64,000 bases of DNA from Armatimonadota bacterium (GTDB taxonomy: Bacteria; Armatimonadota; UBA5829): positions 821,448 to 885,447 of the forward strand of contig JBMNES010000001.1 in the NCBI GenBank assembly GCA_050948905.1, read 5' to 3'. This document shows positions 37,639-46,336 of the stretch, piece by piece; position 1 is the stretch's first letter, and every line of letters begins with the position of its first letter. Below the pieces are notes generated by a model. That model searched no databases. It saw only the letters and a list, made by a program, of their open reading frames with translations, and was not told where the DNA came from. Both the position numbers and the translations under genes were made by a program.

Positions 37639-38936
37639 CTCGGAAGAGACGACGGCGGAAGGTGCCGCCGGTGATGATAATTGCCATTATCTTCGTAATC
37701 GCGCTGGGCACGATAGTAGGAGTGGCGGGCGGATTATACCTCAGCGGGCTGAATATCGCCGGCCTGCCCGGAGGCATAACCCTTACAGAAATGCTGCATC
37801 CAAGCGAGCTTGAAAGCAAGCCCGTGGTGCGGATATTGCTCATTGGTGAGGACGAGACCGGCAGCAAAAAAGCTAAAAGGCACGGTTTGTCTGATACGCT
37901 GGTGGTGCTTGCGATCAATAACCAGACAACGCCTAAGCAAGCACGGCTGATTTCTATCCCGCGAGATACGCGAGTACAGATTCCTGGACACGGATACCAG
38001 AAAATCAATGCGGCAAATGCGTTCGGCGGCCCCGAGTTGTCGCGCGAGGTAATTGAGCGGCTGCTGGGCGTTGATATAGATTATTATTTGTCCACAAGCA
38101 CTGCGGGGCTGCGCGGATTGGTGGATCTGGTTGGCGGGGTTTATATTGTCGTCGATCAGAACATGAAATACGACGATAGAAAACAAAAACTGCATATTCA
38201 CCTGAAGGCCAGCCCGGAAAAGCAGTTGCTGGACGGTGTGCAGGCGGAGGGATTTGTCCGGTTTCGACACGACAAATGGGGAGACAGCGGATATAAAATC
38301 GTAGACGGCAAGAAGGTGGCGGCAGGCCGGATCGCTCGCCAGCAGTATTTTATGAGGGCGCTGGCTAATCGTGTGCTGGCTTTGCCGACCAAGCGCGAGA
38401 GGGCTGCAGTCCTCAGCGAGGCCTATGAAAAGGGCTACGTTGAGAGCGACTTGAACGTGAAGGACTGGGGTGCTCTGGCGGAGTTTATGAAGGATATCGA
38501 CCCGGACAAGATAGGAATGGCGGTGCTGCCGGGTGCGCCGGGGATGAATGGCAACGGCAGTTATTGGATTGTGGACTACGACAAACTGCCGCTTGTCGTG
38601 GCTCAGCAGATGCGCTTTGAAGGTCCCATCGAAGAAGACGAGGACACGACGGTGGAGGTGCTGAACGGATGCGGCGTTGCGGGGGCCGCGGGTCGGGTGG
38701 CCAATAAGCTGCAGAAAGCTGGATTTCAGGTCACTAAACAGGGCAACGCCGACGACTTCGACCACGACCGCTGCCGTGTTATCACACGCAAAGGCAACAC
38801 CCCGGGCGTGCAGAGAATTGCGTCGCTGTTGAATTGTTCCGATATTCGGACTGAGAGTAAAAGCCCGAATGACGCGCATTTGGCGGATGTTACGGTGATT
38901 GTCGGCAGAGATTTCTCTGCTGCGGACAATATGTAG
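37614..38936 (+). CDS. LCP (LytR-CpsA-Psr) family protein with C-terminal LytR_C domain
   Basis: TM anchor; DTLVVLAINNQTTPKQARLISIPRDT LCP core. Confidence 0.8.
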   Translation: MGERTVQVARKRRRRKVPPVMIIAIIFVIALGTIVGVAGGLYLSGLNIAGLPGGITLTEMLHPSELESKPVVRILLIGEDETGSKKAKRHGLSDTLVVLAINNQTTPKQARLISIPRDTRVQIPGHGYQKINAANAFGGPELSREVIERLLGVDIDYYLSTSTAGLRGLVDLVGGVYIVVDQNMKYDDRKQKLHIHLKASPEKQLLDGVQAEGFVRFRHDKWGDSGYKIVDGKKVAAGRIARQQYFMRALANRVLALPTKRERAAVLSEAYEKGYVESDLNVKDWGALAEFMKDIDPDKIGMAVLPGAPGMNGNGSYWIVDYDKLPLVVAQQMRFEGPIEEDEDTTVEVLNGCGVAGAAGRVANKLQKAGFQVTKQGNADDFDHDRCRVITRKGNTPGVQRIASLLNCSDIRTESKSPNDAHLADVTVIVGRDFSAADNM

Positions 38937-38974
38937 GGGGCTGGAGGCCGCCGAAAATAATAACATGTTTTAGA

Positions 38975-39175
38975 ATATAAAAGACGCCAGGCGGCTGGTT
39001 CGAACTTCAGACGGCTGATTTCGGACATCGAAAAAGCAGATTTCTCGCTGTGCTCGAAATGACGGGGATGGGTCCTCGAAATGGCGGGAAATGTTGTGGG
39101 GTGGCGATTCGGAGATCGCCACCCATCATAAAACTGGACAGACAAGACGGTATCTCGCTGCGCTCGAAATGACGG
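38975..39175. repeat. REP/MITE-like repeat cluster (site 5): two ATTTCTCGCTGyGCTCGAAATGAC units and a GGTGGCGATTCGGAGATCGCCACC palindrome
   Basis: Direct comparison with the other sites. Confidence 0.8.
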
Positions 39176-39255
39176 AGTATGATTGATAGTGGCCGTGTCT
39201 CTATCCTGATCAGTGAGACTTGTGACGCCATATAACATAACTGAACGGAGTTGCG

Positions 39256-39633
39256 ATTATTAACACTGAATCCAAACTTGAACTGATCTTAAAACTGCTC
39301 GAAGCTAAGAAGGCTGATGATATCGAGGTGATCGACTTGCGGGAGCGCACGCCGATTGCTGACTATTTCGTCACCTGCACCGGAACCTCTAACATTCACA
39401 TCAAGGCGATTGCTGATGGCCTGCTTGTTGACGGCAAGGCCGAGGGGCTGCAAAAATCGCATGTTGAAGGCTATACCCAGGCGCGATGGGTGCTGGTGGA
39501 TTATGGCGACATAGTGGTTCATATATTCGCCCGCGAGGAGCGCGAATACTACGATATCGAGTCGCTGTGGCAGGCTACCGCAGCCAGGCTCGATCATTCT
39601 ACTGCCAAAACAGATTCAAATGACCAGCATTGA
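39256..39633 (+). CDS. rsfS: Ribosome silencing factor RsfS (Iojap); start uncertain, with no canonical in-frame start upstream of the GTG at 39328
   Basis: DYFVTCTGTSNIHIKAIAD and VVHIFAREEREYYDIESLW motifs; the N-terminal homology (KLELILKLLEAKKADDIEV) extends upstream of the ORF-track start. Confidence 0.7.
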   Translation: MINTESKLELILKLLEAKKADDIEVIDLRERTPIADYFVTCTGTSNIHIKAIADGLLVDGKAEGLQKSHVEGYTQARWVLVDYGDIVVHIFAREEREYYDIESLWQATAARLDHSTAKTDSNDQH

Positions 39634-40285
39634 TCCTCAGAATCCGGATGCCGTCGGCGACCGCTCGGAGTTTGATCGGTTGATGACTGCTGCCAGGGTC
39701 TACAGGCGGCGCGACGACTACGCAGCGGCTACCAAAGCCGTCCAACAGGCTCTACAGATAATGCCCAATGACCTTGACGCGCAGGAGTTCGCGGCCGATA
39801 TGATCTACGCTCACGGCGACCTGCAGAAGGCGATTGATTATTATAAACTAATTTTGCAAGCTGACCCAAAGCGCGCGTCGGCAGAGACGAAATACGCCAA
39901 GGCCGTATTGGAGTTGGCGGAGGGACATCGACAGCGGGAATTGGTGCAGCAGATGCTGGATAACCCAGTCAAACCGCATGTTTCGAGGAGAAACCCCGCT
40001 ATCGCCGCGATGCTGTCCATAGCGCCGGGGTTCGGACACATATATTGCGGGCTGTATACCGTCGGCATAGCGTTGTTTTGCGGATGGGTATTCGCGTGGA
40101 TGCTTTTTTTCTGGACGCTGGGAGAGTCTGTGGGAGTCCAGATAACCAGTCGTCTCACCGCGGCGTCAACCGCATTCGCCTGTATTGCAGCCGCGTTGCA
40201 TATTTATGCGCTGGTTAGCGCAGCTCAGCACGCAGAGCGAATCAACTCCGGCCTTAACTCCGACAAATCCGCTAATCCTGAGTAA
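39620..40285 (+). CDS. TPR-repeat protein with two C-terminal TM helices
   Basis: TPR-like helices (AATKAVQQALQIMPNDLDAQEF..); hydrophobic C-terminus. Confidence 0.55.
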   Translation: MTSIDPQNPDAVGDRSEFDRLMTAARVYRRRDDYAAATKAVQQALQIMPNDLDAQEFAADMIYAHGDLQKAIDYYKLILQADPKRASAETKYAKAVLELAEGHRQRELVQQMLDNPVKPHVSRRNPAIAAMLSIAPGFGHIYCGLYTVGIALFCGWVFAWMLFFWTLGESVGVQITSRLTAASTAFACIAAALHIYALVSAAQHAERINSGLNSDKSANPE

Positions 40286-43200
40286 CGTCAGCGCTCTGTT
40301 CCGTGTGATCGGGCGGATTGTCGTTATGATTTGACTTCTTGCGTCGGGTGTAGGTCCGGCGACGCCTCTTTGGTTTCGGTTCTGCAGGTGCAGACTCCGC
40401 TTCAGCCTCAATATCCGGAGTAGCTGCGACAGGCTCCGACGATTCGACGACCGGTGCAGAGCTTTCAGCGGCCTCTGGCTCGGCGCTTTTATCCGTTTCC
40501 TGCGACTCAGTGCGAGGTTTTCTGTGTCCACGACCCCCGCGAGGGCGTCTTCTGGGCTTCGGCGCTGGTGATTCGTCGGCGGGCTGCTCGGCTACTGGCT
40601 CTGCTGATGTGTCAATTTGCTCGGCAGTCGGATCAGGCTCTTCGGCTATTGGTGTTTCTGCCTCCAGGGGCGTCTGCGCCTCCGATGGCTCCTCGACCGT
40701 CGATTCTGCGTGGGATTTCTTATGACCCCGGCTGCGAGGTTTTCTCCGATGCTTTTTGGTGTGTTTTGGTTCTGCAACCTCCGGTGTCTCCGGCGAGGTC
40801 TCTTCCGACTCCGTTTTTGGCAACAGATCAATTGCCTGAGGCTCAATTATCTCGGCCGTATCGATTTTGACCTCTAAGGGTTCCTCAGGTTTGGTGGAGT
40901 GTTTCGATTTGCGCTTCGGCTCGGATTCAATTCTCCTTCTGCCGAATTTGAAATCGTTCTCCAACACTTGTACCTGCGGGATTAAAGGCGCAGGTGCGGC
41001 GTCGTAATCGACTGGTTTCGGCGGCTTCGGATAAGACAACCTAATTACGTGTGCTCCATGTGTCACGGAGGCGAACCTCGTCGGAGTAGGCTTGCCATTG
41101 ATGGTTACAGATGACCCCACCGGCCCTGGAGGATAGACGTCAACTCTAACTCCTTCCGGCACGTCGACAGTGACTTCCATCCCGTTGCGAACAATGCGCC
41201 ACTTCACGCTTAGCGGGCCATTTTGTGTGTTAAAGGTCCCGTGCGCCCATTTCAAATCTCCCGTGTGAGGAGTCACCACAAATCGATGCGCACCGGCAAC
41301 TGGTTTTATGCCGACATATTCCGCAATAAGATCACGTGTAGGCGCGACCGCAGAGCCGTGGCATAGACACCCTCGAGTGTCAAAATCCTCCCACAGCGTC
41401 GTTGCTCCAGCTTTGATCATCTGTCCCCACGTGCGACGCATATAGGCCAGCGCCTCGTCGTGGCGATCCAGCAAGTATAGCGCCTCAAGGTAGTATGAAG
41501 CAAAGTAGGGTGTGGTCAACTCCGGCAGGGTGTGTATTTGTCGCATTATGCCGGCTTTTTGATACTGGTCGGTAACATCGAACAACGCTGCAAGGATATT
41601 CGCCTGGGCACTGAATTTCTCCACCAACTGGCCATCGACTCTGCACTCAGCGAAAAGACCGTTTCTCGGCACATATAGATACTTGTTCAGGGCGACCTTA
41701 AGATTATGCGCCGCTGAGATATAACGCTCGGCATCCTCTTCCTTGCCGCATATAGACGCCAGCGCGGCTGCCACACGAAGGCCCTGATAATAGAAACAGT
41801 TCAGAGCCGTAACCTCACCTTCGCGCTCCAGATCGGCGTGATCCACCTGCAAATGCCCCGGAACGTCGGCCAGCAGCCCGCTATCGTTGATGTATCGCCC
41901 GAACCACGACAGCAGCTTCTCCACAGTCGGGTAGAGTTCTTCGACCAGTTCTGCGTCGTCAGAAAATGCATAGTAGTCCAGAATAGAGTAGATCCATAGC
42001 AAAGCGAGGTCCGGGGCGAGCATCTCCACCCCTGCCGGATATAACGCCAGCACGGTGCCGTCTTTGTCCTGCGAGGCGGCGAACTGCCTTAGCGCCTGGG
42101 CCAACAGCGCGGTATCTCCAAAAGCGTAATAAGCGGTTCGCGATAACAGCCTGGCTTCGCTCCACCATTGCGCTCTCTCGCGCAGTGGACAATCTATGAA
42201 AGTATCCTGCATGCAGAGTTCGGCGGTGTATGCGCCCGCCTCCCAAATCTCGGTGATAAGCCGGTCGTTGCACTTAAAGGAGGCCGCTGGCTGGATGGGA
42301 TAAGTAGTCTGGTTGACTCGAACATATTGCAACGCTACAGGCTTCGAACAGCGCCGGAACTCTATCTGTAGAAATCTGAACGCACGCGGCTGAAAGCTTT
42401 GCCACTCAAGCGCACCTCTTCGAAGCAGCAATCGATCTGTGCATAGAGTTTCCTGGGCGTCTGGCTTGATGCGCCCATCGACCAATTCCTCGCAATAGCC
42501 GAGATCGATACAGCCGGTTCCCGATCCTGCTATGCCAATTTCGACGTTACCGAACACCTCTCGGCCGAAATCCAGCAATATTGCGACACCTCTGCCACCG
42601 CGTGGGGTTTTGATGTGGGCAACACCATCGGCGGTCAGCAATGCGCTTTCGTCTTTTACCTGCCCGGCTCTGAGATTAGCCATCTCCGCCGCAGCCATAA
42701 TTGCGGGCATTTCTGTGATCGGGATATCTTTTTCGAGGTCCGGGGTGTTTCCAATAGCAACAATAGCAGCCGGAAGGATTGTGCGCTCGTTAAGCTGGGG
42801 AATCTGTCTGGCAAGCAATTTCCCGAACGGCAAGGCTGGAGGTGTGGCTACTACTGCAGCAGCTTCCCAGCCCTTTTCTCTAAACTTTATCTCTCGCCAG
42901 GCGTTATCGACCAGTGCAGCGTTATAGCTCTCCTGAAAGCCCAAACGATGGTTCATCCGTGCGCCATCAGCTACCCACTCTTCCGCCCGCTGCATTTTCC
43001 AAGTTTCGTCAGTTACGATAGACAAAGCCTCGTCCGCCAGTTCGACTTTTACCTTGCAGATCAAACCCGGCCGCCCCGCAGACGCAGCAAACGTGTCCTT
43101 GCCGATATGATGGGCCAAAACGGCTATTACATTGTCGCCTTTGTGCAGGAGTTCGCCTATCTGGAAAGTGTCGAAATAGCACTGACCTTCGCCGGATCGC

Positions 43201-43469
43201 ACCGGGCCTTTGCCGACGTATTGGCCGTTGATATATAGTTTATACAGTGAGTTCGCGCTTATTTTGAGTGAAGCGGACTTTGGTGCAGCGGGGAGCGAAA
43301 ACTTCCTGCGCGCGCGGATGTAAGAGTTGACAACAGGCTCCGCATCCGCAAGCCAGATCCAGTGGCACGGACTATTTTCAGCCGGCTTGTCATTATGCTT
43401 TTTTGCACCGCGTCTGAATCGCGATGCTCCGACAGCCGCCGGCAGGAGTGATATAAACGAATGAAGCAT
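40272..43469 (-). CDS. GH78 alpha-L-rhamnosidase-like six-hairpin glycosidase with a ~300-aa highly charged, low-complexity C-terminal tail
   Basis: N-terminal YKLYINGQYVGKGPVRS; (alpha/alpha)6 core DCPLRERAQWWSEARL; tail rich in E/P/A/T with KR clusters (KPRSRGHKK, KPRRRPRGGRGHRKPR, KPKRRRRTYTRRKK). Confidence 0.7.
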   Translation of the reverse strand: MLHSFISLLPAAVGASRFRRGAKKHNDKPAENSPCHWIWLADAEPVVNSYIRARRKFSLPAAPKSASLKISANSLYKLYINGQYVGKGPVRSGEGQCYFDTFQIGELLHKGDNVIAVLAHHIGKDTFAASAGRPGLICKVKVELADEALSIVTDETWKMQRAEEWVADGARMNHRLGFQESYNAALVDNAWREIKFREKGWEAAAVVATPPALPFGKLLARQIPQLNERTILPAAIVAIGNTPDLEKDIPITEMPAIMAAAEMANLRAGQVKDESALLTADGVAHIKTPRGGRGVAILLDFGREVFGNVEIGIAGSGTGCIDLGYCEELVDGRIKPDAQETLCTDRLLLRRGALEWQSFQPRAFRFLQIEFRRCSKPVALQYVRVNQTTYPIQPAASFKCNDRLITEIWEAGAYTAELCMQDTFIDCPLRERAQWWSEARLLSRTAYYAFGDTALLAQALRQFAASQDKDGTVLALYPAGVEMLAPDLALLWIYSILDYYAFSDDAELVEELYPTVEKLLSWFGRYINDSGLLADVPGHLQVDHADLEREGEVTALNCFYYQGLRVAAALASICGKEEDAERYISAAHNLKVALNKYLYVPRNGLFAECRVDGQLVEKFSAQANILAALFDVTDQYQKAGIMRQIHTLPELTTPYFASYYLEALYLLDRHDEALAYMRRTWGQMIKAGATTLWEDFDTRGCLCHGSAVAPTRDLIAEYVGIKPVAGAHRFVVTPHTGDLKWAHGTFNTQNGPLSVKWRIVRNGMEVTVDVPEGVRVDVYPPGPVGSSVTINGKPTPTRFASVTHGAHVIRLSYPKPPKPVDYDAAPAPLIPQVQVLENDFKFGRRRIESEPKRKSKHSTKPEEPLEVKIDTAEIIEPQAIDLLPKTESEETSPETPEVAEPKHTKKHRRKPRSRGHKKSHAESTVEEPSEAQTPLEAETPIAEEPDPTAEQIDTSAEPVAEQPADESPAPKPRRRPRGGRGHRKPRTESQETDKSAEPEAAESSAPVVESSEPVAATPDIEAEAESAPAEPKPKRRRRTYTRRKKSNHNDNPPDHTEQSADVTQD

Positions 43470-43494
43470 ACTGTATTATCTCAGAATTGGCTAT

Positions 43495-43745
43495 TTATTT
43501 CCACTGAGAAGCATGGGCCATTCCCCCTCAGTCATTTCGGCCCCTCTCCTCTGTCATTTCGGCCTTTCTCCTCTGTCATTTCGAGCGCAGCGAGAAATCT
43601 GCTTTTTTCGATGTCCGATATCCGAGCTTCGAAGCCCTCATAACTGTAGAATAGCCGGGACAGAGGCCGGCCACTACATTTTGCTATCGTTTCCCTTCCC
43701 CGTGGATTCCGCGGAATGACAGAGGGTGGCGAGAAATGACAAACC
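43495..43745. repeat. REP/MITE-like repeat cluster (site 6), including a tandem triplication of a ~20-nt CCTCTGTCATTTCGGCC unit
   Basis: Tandem repeats and the GTCATTTCGAGCGCAGCGAGAAAT and GGCCGG..CCGGC modules read directly. Confidence 0.75.
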
Positions 43746-43789
43746 AACCTGCTTGCAATTGTTCTTGCTGAAGGCTAACATTTAAGCTG

Positions 43790-44743
43790 ATGGCAAGTTC
43801 CACAGAGACCAAGCCCGCAAACGGGCACATATCCGACCAGACTCCGAACCTGGAGCTTCATCTTAGCAGGGATGTTTTCGTCACCGGGAAGCGTCTCAGC
43901 GGCGTGGTGGTGCTTCGGCTTGGTCAGAGCGTCAATATGCGGTCGCTGGTCGTCTCCTTTGACGGATCGGAGCGACCGAGGGGGGTCTCGTTGGCTCGTG
44001 CTTTCCGGAAGGCTCATTCTTTTTTTAACAGAGAGAAACTACTGACTGGAGCGTTGGAGCCTCGGCTGGCTTCTGAGCGACTATCTCTGTTATGGAATGC
44101 GCTGCTTGGAAGGTACACCGGGCGGACGTTGAGCGCCGGTGAGCATACATACCCATTTTCGATTCCCCTGCCCGCCTCGCTGCCACCGAGCTACGACGGT
44201 AAAGCGGGCAAAATTCGATATCGCGTGACGGCCAAATTCCAACCGGCAATCGGCAGAGCGATCAAGGTCTCGAAGGTCGTAGATGTACTCTTTGTGCCAC
44301 GACTGCACCGGGAGAGACCTATGGCGCTGGGGTATCCGGAGGCGGATGGGACTGTGCAGCCTACCGACATCAAGGCGAGTATCGAACTCGTCGAGCGGAT
44401 GGTCGGTATGGGAGAGGCTGTGCAGGGCAGTTTTTCGATATCTAACCCCAAAAGCGCGGATATTCCACGAGTGACGGTGTCTTTGGAGGTCTGCGAGTGG
44501 GTGAGGCTGGCTGTTGATAAGGAAATCCAGCGCGACAGGGTCGATATGGCGGTTATCGTGCCGGAAAACCCGTCTGCCACGTCCATCGAAGCCCCATTTA
44601 AGCTCCGATTGCCTAAAACCGCGCCGCCGACCATCGAAGGAAGCTCGATATCCGTCATCTGGTTGCTAAAACTGACCCTGGACACCGACCCAACCATCGA
44701 AGTTAAGACGCCGATCACGGTATACATCGGAAACAAGCAATGA
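43790..44743 (+). CDS. Arrestin-fold (alpha-arrestin-like N+C domain) protein
   Basis: LELHLSRDVFVTGKRLSGVVVL N-domain start; GEHTYPFSIPLPASLPPSYDGKAGKIRYRVTAKF matches the eukaryotic alpha-arrestin G.H.FPF.LP..LP.S..G..G.I.Y motif; C-domain beta-sandwich-like ending VIWLLKLTLDTDPTIEVKTPITVY. Confidence 0.6.
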   Translation: MASSTETKPANGHISDQTPNLELHLSRDVFVTGKRLSGVVVLRLGQSVNMRSLVVSFDGSERPRGVSLARAFRKAHSFFNREKLLTGALEPRLASERLSLLWNALLGRYTGRTLSAGEHTYPFSIPLPASLPPSYDGKAGKIRYRVTAKFQPAIGRAIKVSKVVDVLFVPRLHRERPMALGYPEADGTVQPTDIKASIELVERMVGMGEAVQGSFSISNPKSADIPRVTVSLEVCEWVRLAVDKEIQRDRVDMAVIVPENPSATSIEAPFKLRLPKTAPPTIEGSSISVIWLLKLTLDTDPTIEVKTPITVYIGNKQ

Positions 44744-45822
44744 ACGGAAGAGAGCGCGTCATTGCCGCTATGGAGCACAGACCGGTGGATCGTATCCCGG
44801 TCTTTCCCGTGGTCACAAACTACATCGGCGCGAGGGTTCTTGGTCGTAAAATGATCGATATGGACCTCGACCCGATGCTGAAATTTGAGTCCACAGCCGC
44901 TATTATCAAGCGCTTCGGCTTTGATGGGATCGAGGTTGGAATAGGCCCGGAGCGCGGATGGGAGACGCACCGGCAGGTGGTGGAGGTCGACGGGGAGAAG
45001 TGTCTTGCTTACTCCGACGGAACCCCTTACGCCAGACTTCAGGAAAACGATCAGGCGATACGAATTGCCTCCGATCCACCGCTGAAAAACAAGCGCGATC
45101 TGGATAATATCCCCGTCACGGCTGCCGAGTCTTACGAAGAACGCGGTTGTCTGGAGCCGTTGAGAGAACTGGTGAGGCGTATTGGCGATGATGTGTTTTT
45201 GGCGGGAGTGGCGGCTGGGCAGACGATGAATTCGCTGGTGGCGTGGCGAGGGTCGGACCAGGGGATGCTGGATTTAGTCGATGACCCCGGATTTGTGCTG
45301 GCTGTTATGGAAAAGGCGACCGATATTTCTATAGAGATCGGCAAAGCAGCTATCTCTGCAGGGGTCCACGGGATGTATATCGGGGACGCCTGGGCATCGG
45401 CGAGCATAATTTCCCCTCACCATTACGAAAAATTCTGCCAGCCGTTTCACGCAAAAGCCGCCGATGCGTTTCACCAGTTGGGAGCCAAAGTCTACCTGCA
45501 CATATGCGGTAATTCGTCGCCTATACTTGAGATGATGGCCGACACAGGGGTGGATGCGATTGAGCCGCTTGATCAGATGGATATCGACGGGCTTGCGGAT
45601 GCGAAAAGGCGCGTGGGGGACAGGGTCTGTCTGAAAGGCGGGATAAGCACGTCGTCTCTGCTGAATGGCTCAAGTGAAGAAGTCTACAGGTTATGTGCGG
45701 AGGCCATCGAACGCTGCGGCCCGACTGGGTATATACTCGGCAGCGGCGACGACATCCCGAGAGATGCTCCGTTTGAGAATATAGACGCTATGCGCAGGGC
45801 GAGTGAAGAGGCTGGGTATTAG
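44740..45822 (+). CDS. Uroporphyrinogen decarboxylase (URO-D) family protein, MtaA/CmuA-like methyltransferase-type, translationally coupled (ATGA) to the arrestin-like gene
   Basis: RERVIAAMEHRPVDRIPV N-terminus and overall URO-D TIM-barrel family pattern. Confidence 0.65.
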   Translation: MNGRERVIAAMEHRPVDRIPVFPVVTNYIGARVLGRKMIDMDLDPMLKFESTAAIIKRFGFDGIEVGIGPERGWETHRQVVEVDGEKCLAYSDGTPYARLQENDQAIRIASDPPLKNKRDLDNIPVTAAESYEERGCLEPLRELVRRIGDDVFLAGVAAGQTMNSLVAWRGSDQGMLDLVDDPGFVLAVMEKATDISIEIGKAAISAGVHGMYIGDAWASASIISPHHYEKFCQPFHAKAADAFHQLGAKVYLHICGNSSPILEMMADTGVDAIEPLDQMDIDGLADAKRRVGDRVCLKGGISTSSLLNGSSEEVYRLCAEAIERCGPTGYILGSGDDIPRDAPFENIDAMRRASEEAGY

Positions 45823-45942
45823 AACATCCGCTATTTCCAACATCCTACCTCGGACAGCGGGGCCTCGAATATAGTCATTGACATACGTCCCAGTTGAGGA
45901 TAAAGTATAATTGGCAGGTTTAGATCGGAGCATGATTGATCC

Positions 45943-46263
45943 GTGAGGCTTGAAGAGTTTAGAAACCTGGTTAAGCGTGAGTTTGGTGAGAACCTCCGGC
46001 ACGCCACGCCCGGCAACGTCCGGGATTTCCTCGATCGCATCGAAAACGAAGTCCTCTCGGAAAAGGTCAGCCACCGCATAGTGCTCAACGAGCCGTGTAC
46101 GTCTTATGAGGAGATAATTAAGGATTTCTTCTCACAGATGCTGGAATTGCCTCCTGAGGAGGCTGTGGTTGGTTTGTGGGCACTGGCGCTGGACCTGGCG
46201 TTTGCATCTATAGAATCGCAATATACAGATCGCTTCGCGTCGTTGTTCAAGGATATGGAATAA
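45943..46263 (+). CDS. Hypothetical protein (106 aa)
   Basis: ORF with coding-like composition; no family recognised. Confidence 0.4.
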   Translation: MRLEEFRNLVKREFGENLRHATPGNVRDFLDRIENEVLSEKVSHRIVLNEPCTSYEEIIKDFFSQMLELPPEEAVVGLWALALDLAFASIESQYTDRFASLFKDME

Positions 46264-46336
46264 TATCAGCGGCCTTGATTGCGGCTGTTGTATAATGGCG
46301 TATCAAGATTTATACTACCTGAGGTCGCCTTAGTTA

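Noticed and set aside
38990-39010. tRNA T-arm-like GGTTCGAAC motifs inside the repeat clusters (also 11945, 19055)
   Set aside because: They are part of the repeated CTTCGAACATCAGACCTCGG module and have no acceptor, D-arm or anticodon-arm context. No tRNA genes were found in the window.
40454-40877. Cluster of short plus-strand ORFs (40454-40870, 40510-40725, 40617-40877) and minus ORF 40646-40846 that looked like a repetitive protein island
   Set aside because: They are alternative-frame readings of the low-complexity charged tail of the GH78-like gene, and their composition mirrors it.
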